Positions 40,422 through 51,876 of a DNA stretch of 64,000 nucleotides are shown here, piece after piece (within the stretch, counting starts at the first letter, position 1; every line of letters begins with the position of its first letter). Below the pieces are notes generated by a model. That model did not search any database and had not been told where the DNA came from. It was given only the letters and a program-made list of their open reading frames with translations. Source of the DNA: Octopus bimaculoides (lineage: Eukaryota); the NCBI RefSeq assembly GCF_001194135.2, contig NC_068988.1:25489188-25553187 (forward strand), written 5' to 3'. A program made the position numbers and the translations under genes.

Positions 40422-40488
40422 CTTGCGACGATTCAGTGTGTAATGTTAAGTTGGTGGTTAAGAACAATACAATACCATAAAAAGACAT
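40422..40488 (-). CDS. Candidate first coding exon (signal-peptide-like) of the Sushi gene
   Basis: ATG to donor CAAG|gtatgg encodes MSFYGIVLFLTTNLTLHTESSQ plus 1 nt (phase 1, compatible with the Sushi exon). The hydrophobic core is short and the donor sits next to an N-gap. Confidence 0.3.
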
Positions 40489-43400
40489 ACACAGATATTC
40501 ATGTAAAAAAAGTAAGAATAAACTTAAAATAAAATAAAATAAAAAATAAAAAATAAAAAAATAAAAAAATAAAATAAAAAAATTAAAAAAATAAAAAATA
40601 AAGGGAGTCATATCGGTGGGGCGGGTAATCTAGGAAGTAATAAGAGAAAGACTGGATAGTCAAGTAAGCTACATCTAAGCTATTTCGATGGGTTGGTGAA
40701 GGGTGGTGAGGAACAAACTAAATGTAGAAGAAGATAAAGTGATAAATAGAATAGATACAGAGATCTTAAAGGTCGTAAGGGATAGATATGTATGAGCTGT
40801 GTCTGTCTATCTCAGTGGTGGGTCGTAAATAAGAAGTGTCATGCCAGAATAGACTGGGAACATGAAACATGAAACATGAAACATTTGCATTATATTTACC
40901 ATTATATCCAAATTCACATTCGATATACCCTCAGACTATACAAATGTATATGTAAATAAGTACACTGCACAGAAAAGCTTATATATACATATATGTATAT
41001 ATGTATATATATATNNNNNNNNNNNNNNNNNNNNNNNNNNNNNNNNNNNNNNNNNNNNNNNNNNNNNNNNNNNNNNNNNNNNNNNNNNNNNNNNNNNNNN
41101 NNNNNNNNNNNNNNNNNNNNNNNNNNNNNNNNNNNNNNNNNNNNNNNNNNNNNNNNNNNNNNNNNNNNNNNNNNNNNNNNNNNNNNNNNNNNNNNNNNNN
41201 NNNNNNNNNNNNNNNNNNNNNNNNNNNNNNNNNNNNNNNNNNNNNNNNNNNNNNNNNNNNNNNNNNNNNNNNNNNNNNNNNNNNNNNNNNNNNNNNNNNN
41301 NNNNNNNNNNNNNNNNNNNNNNNNNNNNNNNNNNNNNNNNNNNNNNNNNNNNNNNNNNNNNNNNNNNNNNNNNNNNNNNNNNNNNNNNNNNNNNNNNNNN
41401 NNNNNNNNNNNNNNNNNNNNNNNNNNNNNNNNNNNNNNNNNNNNNNNNNNNNNNNNNNNNNNNNNNNNNNNNNNNNNNNNNNNNNNNNNNNNNNNNNNNN
41501 NNNNNNNNNNNNNNNNNNNNNNNNNNNNNNNNNNNNNNNNNTATATATATATATATATATATGTTTGTATGTGTATAGACATACATATAAGCAAACATAT
41601 ATATATGAAAATGTGGCGTGTGTGTGAGTTGTCTGTGTGTAAACAAGATTTGACAGAGAAAAACTGGATAAAACGAACAATAACTTTAGATTTGCGCAAA
41701 AATTTGAAAGTTAAAAGACAGATACAAACCCAAAAAATTGTTTTCACAAAAGAACGCACTGTGTTATTGAAATCACTGTATGTGCGTGAAATGAGGCTTT
41801 GATCTGCAGCTTTATCTATTATATCAGTCATATTGTAATTCCTAGTTGACAGTTCTTTTGTGTTTTGAACATGAGACATGTTTTAGTCTGATCACTTAAG
41901 AGCTTTTCTCCTGATGGATTAAATACGTTTAGGCAGTGGCCTACATTATATCTAACATGTCACAAACATATGACTTACATATCTGTTAACAGTTATTGAA
42001 GGTTGACGTTTTCTTGATCGTATTAAATCTTCAGATGGTTTGTACAGTTTGTCATATTTCATGATTCTTGTGTTACTAAAAGCTTTAGCTAAAAAGCAAA
42101 ATATAAATAAAAATCTATTTAATGCTCATTGTCACGCTCTAGACCATAACAGTATCGAATGTTATTGTACAATCAACGCCTGCTACATTAGTCAGTTTCC
42201 TCTTAACACTGAACTTGCAATTCGTGTGAGTATATAGACACTATGCCCAACGATAGTAGGTGACAGGAAAGTTTTCAGAATGGTTGGAATGAGGAAAACA
42301 TTGTTCTCAAACAAATAACATCATCTGAATGCTTGTAGCTGAATAGCAGAATGGCCACTTTTAAAGGTTCTCAAGAAGTGAACTGGCGATATTAGAAAGC
42401 TTGACTAGTTCAGTCCACTACTCGAACAAGCCATTGTAGTATATGAACTCAGTACGCAAAATGGAAAATTTGACGTTAAGGTGATAAAGAGGACAATTAT
42501 GAAAATGAAGGCGAAGATGGAGAATTATATCTACAAGAGATTTCTAAAGTTTCGCTAAATTAACATTACATGGAAACGAAATTTGTCAATGCACGAATGT
42601 TTGGCAAATACAAAACGGCCCATCATCCACAAGCTGCTAAGTACACTCTAGACATAACTACTCATTCGTATACGCATACGTACACCAAAATGCACACGCA
42701 TGCTTCATAATCATCAACGAGCAATTCAACAACAAGAGAACGCAAGCACGAAATCACACATACCCTCGTGCTCATGTATACATGCTCTAACACAATAAAG
42801 CCACGTGATTTACAGCGTCAATTGAACTTGGCAGTGTAAAAAAAATATATGCCAGAAGAAATTCTTTTTCCGACAAGGAAGTCTAATAGAGTTATATATG
42901 TGTTTCGCAAAAATATATTTTTGAAAATCCAAACTAATTTCTGAATTACTTCTTCACAATATACAAGTGAACTGAAACAGTGCAAGACATTTTTTTTCTT
43001 TTTTTTTTGGCAACTTGACTCTTCTAATTGCAACGAAATATATATATTTAGAAAAAGTGCCATTCGTTTGTAAACAAAACAATTACCATCTCCCTGTAGA
43101 CAAAGATAACACATTTATTCGTGCAGCAGGAAAATTATGTTCAGTAATGCAATTGCTTTACTGAAGAGAAGTTACAGTCTACGTGGAAATGTCTTGGAAT
43201 GTATAATGCCAAACACTACCTCAGTCAAATGTGCAAAATACGCATGACTCAATGTTTAAAGTCAAAAACAAAAATCAAGTGATAACTGCATTTTCTTTTA
43301 ACCTTTCCATTATCAAATGGCAATATTTTGTTGCGGAAATATTTAATGATTAATAATTTACTTGATTAAAGCACAGCGGACGTTGTAATTCAATGCTTAT

Positions 43401-43762
43401 GAGAATCGATTCTAAACAATAATTACATTACGTTATCATAAAAAAGCGTTATATAATCCTTATGAATACTATTTTTCATGGCAATTTTCAATAGGGTCAG
43501 CACTTATTTTAGAAGTCTTACAAAATTGGTATTGAAGAAATTCAGTAAGTTATAGATATTTGAATGTTAGATTCTTCTTCAGAAAAATAGATTCAATAAA
43601 CTATAGTGTAGCGTTTCTTTAAATTTCCCGGATCAATAATTCGATCACATTACTATTCTATAAAAGACCGGATGTATGCACCTGATGAGATCGCTAATAG
43701 CAAGGAAAGGACTTTGACAAACCTAACTTAGACTGAACAATTACTCAAGCAATCGAATAGTT

Positions 43763-43829
43763 GATGATGATGATCATCATGATCATCATGATGATCATCA
43801 TGATCATCATGATGATCATCATGATGATG
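43763..43829. repeat. Self-complementary GAT/CAT microsatellite with a 21-bp higher-order unit
   Basis: gatcatcatgatcatcatgat repeated about 2.5 times; it contains the perfect palindrome gatcatcatgatgatc. Confidence 0.9.
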
Positions 43830-43854
43830 GGAATAATATTAATAATAATGATAA

Positions 43855-43986
43855 TGCTTTCTACTATAGGCACAGGGCCAGAAATTTTCGAGAGAGTGCT
43901 AATCAATTATATCGGCCCCAGTGTTTTACAGGTACTTAATTTCTTGACCCCGAAACAAAGAAAGGCAAAGTCGACTTCGGTGAAAT
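43855..43986 (-). mobile_element. SINE family A, 3' part
   Basis: tgctttctactataggcacagggcc...ggtacttaatttcttgaccccgaaa...ggcaaagtcgacttcgg is the reverse complement of the family A 3' half. Confidence 0.85.
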
Positions 43987-44176
43987 AATAATAAAGGAAT
44001 TGAAGCAGAACCAGTACGTGTGTTCATTTATGGCATAATGACTCTCCTAAGACACAACAAAAACTTTATCAACAGACTAGTTCACGTGAAAAATATTTTA
44101 AGTTGTATACAAAAACGAAATATTGCTAGCGAAGTTAGCAAGATGCTGAAGAATCCTGATTTTTGATTTCTTAAGG

Positions 44177-44292
44177 TCATCCTTTCGGGCTCGCTGAAAT
44201 AAGTACCTGTTACAGGATGGGATTGATGTAATCGTCTAGCCCCCTCCCTCCAAAATTTTCAAGGCCTTCTGCCTATAATAGAAATAATTATT
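44177..44292 (+). mobile_element. SINE family A, 3' part
   Basis: tcatcctttcgggctcg...aataagtacctg...gatgtaatcg...ggccttctgcctataatagaaa. Confidence 0.8.
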
Positions 44293-45147
44293 ATCTATTT
44301 CAATCTAGCAAAAATCCAGCAAAGATTCATGAGACGAATACATTTCTGTTTTATGTATAAAGGTTTGAAATATGTGTATTTTCTTGTGCATGTATAATAT
44401 ATGCAATCTCCTTTTATTTTTTGTTCACTTCTATCTGCAATTTTGATAAATCCTTAAGGGTGCAATTGGTACGCGCTTTTCTTTAATTTTTCTCCCAAGA
44501 AAAATAACATACAAATATTAAATAAAAAAGAGGATGTTCAATGTTTTAACTATACAGAAATACAGTTCCTCTCTGCATCCAAAGTTATTTCGAGGAGGTT
44601 TGCACAATTTTTCCTTCTACATTTTATATCATTCGAGTTTTAAGATAATTCATTATTTCAAGATTGTTTTGTCTACTTCATGTAGGGTTTTAACTTCAAA
44701 ATATAATTCCTTTCATCTGACACTATCTACACAAATGGAGACTTTTGTGTCTATTTATGAGGGGTTTTTTTACGATATGACAACAATGGCAAAAAGATTA
44801 GACGCGGAATGCAATCAGAGATATTCTTTGAACTGAAAATTCCAAGTTCATTTCAATACATTTTTCTTTTAAATGGTAGTAACGATTATGTTGTCGTCAT
44901 ATCCACCAAACAAAATCATATCCATTCTTGAGTTAATTGCCAGCACACAAATGCAGGAACAGAGGATGATATGAATGGAGAATTTTTTTCTTCTTTTCTT
45001 TCATAAAGGACCATTTGCCTAATCGGAATAATTAAAGCACGATTCTTTCAAAGACAGCTGATTATCATCATCATCATATCGACATGATGAATATCATAAA
45101 TCACCATATCATCATCGTTGTTAGTAGAATCGTAAAGACCCACCAAC

Positions 45148-45148
<1 letters not shown>

Positions 45149-45207
<59 letters not shown>

Positions 45208-45310
45208 GGAAGAAGAAGAGCAACAACAAAACAATAACAACATCAGTAACAACAACAACAACAGCAGTAACAACAACAACAGCAACAATAATAACTACAA
45301 CAACCACATC
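45149..45310. repeat. Compound microsatellite (AAT)n-(AAG)-(AAC)n
   Basis: Read directly. Confidence 0.95.
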
Positions 45311-46314
45311 AACCAAAAGATTTGCAAAACATTTCCGTAAAATATTTATTCAATGCATTTTGATTACAAATGGAGATGGGGAAAAAAATCGGAGATGAAG
45401 TTTATATCTGAAAAGAAGTCACGATGAAAGACCATCACGGCCATTCAGGAAATGGGTGTATGTGAGTGTTTATATGTTTATATGATTGTGTGCCTACCAC
45501 AGACTTTTTAATGTACGAGTGTTTTATGTGAGCGTATCCTTTAGAACTGATGTTTGAAGTTGTATGTTACGGTAATTTAAAACTATATTACTTCAATATG
45601 CATTTCGGTGACATATATGCCAACAAATCGAACGGAAGCATACATGTATACACAGAATATTTGAGGATATTATATTTGCATTCCGATATATGAGTTATGC
45701 TGGAATGAGATGGCAAAAAACGAGAAGCGTCTGTTATTTAACCACATTATGAATAAATTTCTATATACTTCCTTATAAATAGCTATATGATACAGGAACA
45801 GAAAAAAAGCGAATGTGCGTAGATACAACGTAAGACTATGTGCGTATGTCCATGTGTTTTTTCGTGCCTGTATGTGCGCCTGTAACTGAATCCCTGAAAT
45901 AGTCGTAAAGGTCTAACATGAATTTTATTCTTCGTATTTTTTTCACGTATGGTATCTCTGGATATCTTCGTATCTATGAAAGACTAACATAGAATAACTT
46001 CACGATTTCTGTTTAATTACGCTTTTATGTACACTTGCGAAAATGCTTTATAAATGACGCAGTAAGATGAATATCGACCTGTCCAACTTCTATTTTCGCT
46101 TTGCATCTTCACACACAAACACACACACACACACATGCACAACTCACTCTCACACACAAATACATACTTAATCAAACACAAACACAAACACACGCATACA
46201 CACACATTAATTATCAGCAACGAGGATTTGTACTAAAAGGCAAACATGATATCCAAGTCAAAGTGGATTTCTTGTTAGATCAACGAATAGGTATGCGATA
46301 AAAATGAATTATCT

Positions 46315-46825
46315 TCAGTCCTGATAGAGTATCTGTTTTTCAAGTGACTTCCAGTCAGCCTTATAGAAATTTAGGCTGGATAGGGTTTGAGCGCCATCTG
46401 TGCAGAGTTTATCTTTAGTTAATTCCAGGCCATACATTGTCAGTTCTATCATGCTATGGTTTAAGAATATTGTCGGTGATATCTTTAAGTTATGGATAAT
46501 TTTCACATTGTTTGTAAAACAGAGGTCCAGGTTATTTTTGTACCTGGTTGGAGAGAGTATGATCTGCTCCATGAATAGCATTTTCAAAAGATCAAGTAGA
46601 GATTCTGCTTGATTTGGCTCTTTGTACTTCATTCCTGGGGATATGTTCTCCTCAGGCTGTCTGATGTTGGGAAAGTTCAAGTCGCCCATCACCTTTATTG
46701 CACCGAGGCTTTTCTCGAATTTCCCATCATGGTTTGATGCATCAGGTGGGTGATATAATGTGCATCGCACTATATCAAGTTGCTTTACATGTACTATGAG
46801 TGTGTCACACACCGACTTCAATTAC
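46315..46825 (-). mobile_element. CR1/L2-group LINE fragment, apurinic-like endonuclease domain
   Basis: The 168-aa ORF contains LYHPP, MGDLNFPNI, EQIILSPTRYKNNLDLCFTN and FLNHSMI, which correspond to the APE motifs YRPP, GDFN, PTR..N.LDL and SDH. Confidence 0.85.
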
Positions 46826-46829
46826 AATA

Positions 46830-46938
46830 GAAAGGTAAAGTCGACCTCGGAAGAATTTGAAATCAGAAAATAACGGTAGACGAAATACCGTTAAGCATTT
46901 CGCCCAGTGTGCTAATGTTTCTGCCAGCTCGCCGCCTT
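46830..46938 (-). mobile_element. SINE family A, 5' half only, abutting the CR1-type fragment
   Basis: The reverse complement reads aaggcggcgagctggcagaaacattagcacactgggcgaaatgc...gaggtcgactttacctttc and then switches to LINE sequence. Confidence 0.88.
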
Positions 46939-47854
46939 CAAGCTTGCTATAAGAATTTTCTACGAACTATATACACATACACGAGTACATGAACTAAAGA
47001 TAAACACATATAAACATACATACATACATACATACATGCATGCGTACATACATATACATACGTAATAATTATTTACGTAAATATATATACATACATGATA
47101 CATGTATATATATATGTATGAATATGTGATATATATATANNNNNNNNNNNNNNNNNNNNNNNNNNNNNNNNNNNNNNNNNNNNNNNNNNNNNNNNNNNNN
47201 NNNNNNNNNNNNNNNNNNNNNNNNNNNNNNNNNNNNNNNNNNNNNNNNNNNNNNNNNNNNNNNNNNNNNNNNNNNNNNNNNNNNNNNNNNNNNNNNNNNN
47301 NNNNNNNNNNNNNNNNNNNNNNNNNNNNNNNNNNNNNNNNNNNNNNNNNNNNNNNNNNNNNNNNNNNNNNNNNNNNNNNNNNNNNNNNNNNNNNNNNNNN
47401 NNNNNNNNNNNNNNNNNNNNNNNNNNNNNNNNNNNNNNNNNNNNNNNNNNNNNNNNNNNNNNNNNNNNNNNNNNNNNNNNNNNNNNNNNNNNNNNNNNNN
47501 NNNNNATATATATATATATATATATGGTATTTATATAACGATCGCATTTGTAGAAATATAAATCACGTGAAGTGTTTACATAGGTAAATAAATTGCGTAT
47601 GCACACTTAGATATATGTGTGGGTGGGTGTGAGATTGTATATTCATACATTCATATGCATGTATATATATGGTAAATATATATATTTGTATGCATGTATG
47701 TATGTATGTGTGTCTGTATGTATGTGTGTAATATGTGTAATCATACACAGAGACACGCATACACTCGTGTACAATCGGATAATACATACGTAGAGAGGGA
47801 TATATCTATCTGGAAAATACATATGGAAGTTAATGGCTTTCTTCATGGGTGGTC

Positions 47855-47888
<34 letters not shown>

Positions 47889-50800
47889 NNNNNNNNNNNN
47901 NNNNNNNNNNNNNNNNNNNNNNNNNNNNNNNNNNNNNNNNNNNNNNNNNNNNNNNNNNNNNNNNNNNNNNNNNNNNNNNNNNNNNNNNNNNNNNNNNNNN
48001 NNNNNNNNNNNNNNNNNNNNNNNNNNNNNNNNNNNNNNNTCATTAATATTCATGCAAGTCCATGACATCGAATTGAATTTTGGAGACATGCTAATCTTAA
48101 ATACATATATCTAAATATTTTATTTTAAAACTGTATATCTTTCTGGGTATGTTATTAAAATACGAAAACCAATTTCTAACAACTAGTAGAAATAAATATG
48201 TTGGAGATATTCAATAACTGTTTTATCATATATGTTTTTAATAAAAAAACGATTCAGAATAGAATGGACACATGCCTAAAAGATTCCATAGGGTGTATTT
48301 TTAGTGCTTTCTTGATATGTCTTTAATTCTCTGAAAATTTTTGATCATTCAAGAACTTCTTGCTGAAGCGCTGCTTTCAAATGTTCAATACTTGTTTCAG
48401 TTGTTTGGTTTCTAATTTTCAAATCACTAAGTTATAATCATTAAGCATGTGCAACATGAACAGCTGTGGTTTTTGACAAATGTAAATATGTTCAGAAGTG
48501 TAGACGCTACACGTATCAATTTACATTTGTGCAAACTCACACATACATATATGCATATGTATAACACATATACAGTTCTGTAGCCAGACTCTAGAGGCCC
48601 CCTGCAAATTTTAGTTTCGTAGCCCCATCCCTTCAATCAAAATTCATAATCTACACATCTTTTATTCATAGCTATATTTTACTTTATTCTATTTGAAGTT
48701 CAATATTTCACACGTTATCCCAAAGAACATCTTTAAAAGTAGAAGTCAAATTTATTTAGGTCTATTACAAATTTCAATAAGTAAAACTTCCAGATATGAA
48801 TAAAATAGCACTTCCAAAGACAAACACGGTGCAGTTTTCGCTTCGCGAAATCATCGATCGAAGCTAAGTTTGTGTTCAATTGATACGATAGACAATCCAC
48901 AAAGTCTAGTACATGTTCGTGGTACAATGTAATATTTTTTACAAGACTTTTGAAAGTACAATGCATTACCATTTTATATCTTGAAATTTTCAGTTAACAT
49001 AGTTTAATTCTTTTTCAATATCTTAACCAAGGTAAATAGATGACTCATCTACGTACTTGGATCTCAACATGGGGGCCCTCAACTGTGGAGGACCCTGCGT
49101 CTGCAGGGGTTTCGGGGGCTCAGCGAAACATATATATTTATATATATGCACATATATATTTATATATTACCCTGGAAGGACCAGAGTGTGAAATATATTT
49201 CGTGATCAATTCGGCTCCTCAGTGCTACAGACTCATCCACCACCGAAACGACCCGCGTCGGCCGTTAGAGCTATGTATACAAATAAAGTAAAACCTATTT
49301 GTTAGTGAACAGCCGTGAAACTCCGGTAGCCACGCATATATATTTTGTATGTCATATTTAAAATGTATACATTATTGAAGCTATTTTAAATAAAAATTCT
49401 AATCTTGATTTCCTTATGCGCCGCATACGCCCATCATCGAAGAGCTTTATATTATTTGTAAACATACATCTACCATAATTCTTACCATTTGAAAGAAAAA
49501 CGTTTTGAAATGAACTCGAATTTTCAGTTCAAAGAATATTTCTAATTGCATTCTACGTCTAATCTCTTTTGCTATTTTTGGCATATCGTAAAAAAAAAAG
49601 ACATCTATGAATAAGCACAAAAGCGATATCGATTGTCTCAGTGGTGGATGAATGTGCAGGACTGAGGCGCGAGAAAGGCCGTGAAATGTCGATATTTGTC
49701 ACTTCGGGATTGACATTGTTTCTTCCAGCCTCGTGATGTGCTGTGCTTTTAAATACATTTTGTCTTTAAAGAGGCTTCTCTTGGACAAAGTACTGCAGCT
49801 TCACAACGTTTAATTACGCACATACATTGAATATGTAATATGACTAATGTGTGCACGATTTAAGCTGCTTGAAGTAAACATTTTATATTTATATTAATTT
49901 CGCGTTGTTTACCTTTACCACATCTACATACACACTTTTTCTCAACCGAAGAATTTAAATGCATATATGTATATATATGGGAGAATTTACGAAAAAAAAA
50001 CAACAGACGAAGACAGATGGTGTAAACAACAAATGGATGTATTAATTTGACGCTCAGAAATAGAGAAGGTCTTTGACGTTTCGAGCCTATGCTCTGTGGA
50101 AAATTATGTTTATCATACATATATCCATACATACATAAACACACATGTACACACACATTAGGGTCAGTTTATCTATTATACATATAAATGTTTGCACGCG
50201 TTTGTATGTATCTGTGAAAACAGCCAATCTTATTTCTTATGTCGATTGAGTTTCCTTTTAAGTTTGTCTTGTACTTAATTTGTTGTAGACTACTTGATTC
50301 TTCTTGAAATGATGGATGTAAGCAAAAGCAGTATCTTATTTTGCTTGCCATGGGATGGCGTTTTATGTTATACTAGGGTAAATATTAGAAGAATTTCTCT
50401 AGTAAAAATATATGATTTCATGTTTGAAATGCGAAGGTTTTGTTTATATCATTAACACGTTTGAAATGATGAATACGATGTTCGATCAGATACAGTGAAG
50501 TTAAATGGTGGTTGAAATACTGCATTATTTATTACAATAGATATGCAGATGTAACCTTGCTAAACATACTTTCGAAACAGTACAGAGAAAATTATCCTCA
50601 ACAGTCTTTATTTCCACTTAACAATTTATTTTCTATAAACCTGCAAATATTTGTGGAACAAATACTGTTTTAGATTCAACTTCAGGCAATCTTCCCGAAG
50701 AACTGAATGCTTTCTAGCAAGAAACGTAAGAACCACTTGTAGCAAGGAAAGAATGTAAAAAAAAAACAGACAGAAAATACCAGAAGCTTAAGGTAAAGTA

Positions 50801-51686
50801 TAGGAATAAAAAGTAGCGTGATTAAAGTTAGATATGCAAAGTTCCTCTGATACAAATATTTCATAATGGATTCAAATTCTTTCATGCAAATCATGAGGTG
50901 GTTAACTATTTCAAAAGAATATTGAAATTCTAATTGTACATTCTGCATTGTTTCATTTTAAGGGAAAAGTGATACATTTAAAGGAAAGGGCCACTGCAGG
51001 TTTAGAAATCAATATATGATATCCCATTCTTCTACAATGTATTCACAATAGTCTACCATACTGCTAAATAAATGTTATTGCTTTAAAATAATGATAATAA
51101 GCTCCTTTCTAAATATATTAGAGTAGATGATAGCTACCATATTATTAATATGCCGTATAATATGTCTCCTGAAAACGTTTCATGGCGCATTAATCTTCAT
51201 ATATACTAGACTGTGAAAAACTCATAATACATTTTTTAAATATATGTAGATTCCTTTACAAAGAATATAACCTTTCTCTTTGAGAGATTACCTGCAATAC
51301 AGTTAAGCTTCCATCAATAAAATGACCAAGAGTTATTGACATTGCGAGAGAAATTTATCAGCAGCTTCAGTAAGAGAATTTCTTGATTTAGCTGCTGACA
51401 CATGATAACCAAATTGAGTCATTTGAAAAATATTACAAGATACATTGCGCGTTCCCAACAGTTGACAGACAAATCATCCACATCCTAGATCAGCAAAGAC
51501 GGTAATTTCGAAGAATTTAAGCTCAGCAAACCAAGGGCATTTTTATTTCATTGTTTAATCTTGATGTGAATGCTCAGCATCTATTGTTCTGTGAAACATC
51601 CACGTAACATGTCTTCGTTGTAGACGAAACAAATTGTGCATTAATAAAGTAATAACAATTTCGTTAGCTGCATATATACAATTCAG

Positions 51687-51876
51687 ATTTGGGAGCGAGA
51701 AAAATTTACCCTTGAATTATATTGAAGGAGAAAGTATGTCTACTTTCAAAGACAAAAATATTCATCTGAGACTATTAGAAGATATTGATAAATTTGAAAA
51801 TGTTATTGCAAAAGAGTCCACTTTTAGAAAGCCGATTTCGATTGAGAAAATGTATGCAGAAATCGGGGAATATTGA
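51687..51876 (+). pseudogene. Unidentified protein-like open frame or relic
   Basis: After attcag the frame stays open as FGSEKNLPLNYIEGESMSTFKDKNIHLRLLEDIDKFENVIAKESTFRKPISIEKMYAEIGEY* in AT-rich DNA. No family recognised. Confidence 0.25.

Noticed and set aside
43682-43710. CTGATGA...GAAA hammerhead-like spacing
   Set aside because: Stem II is not closed next to the core, and there is no stem III or cleavage triplet.
1602-48114. Most long ORFs in the supplied track (poly-[13 protein letters not shown], poly-I/L/T/N)
   Set aside because: They are artefacts of N-gaps and di-/trinucleotide microsatellites.
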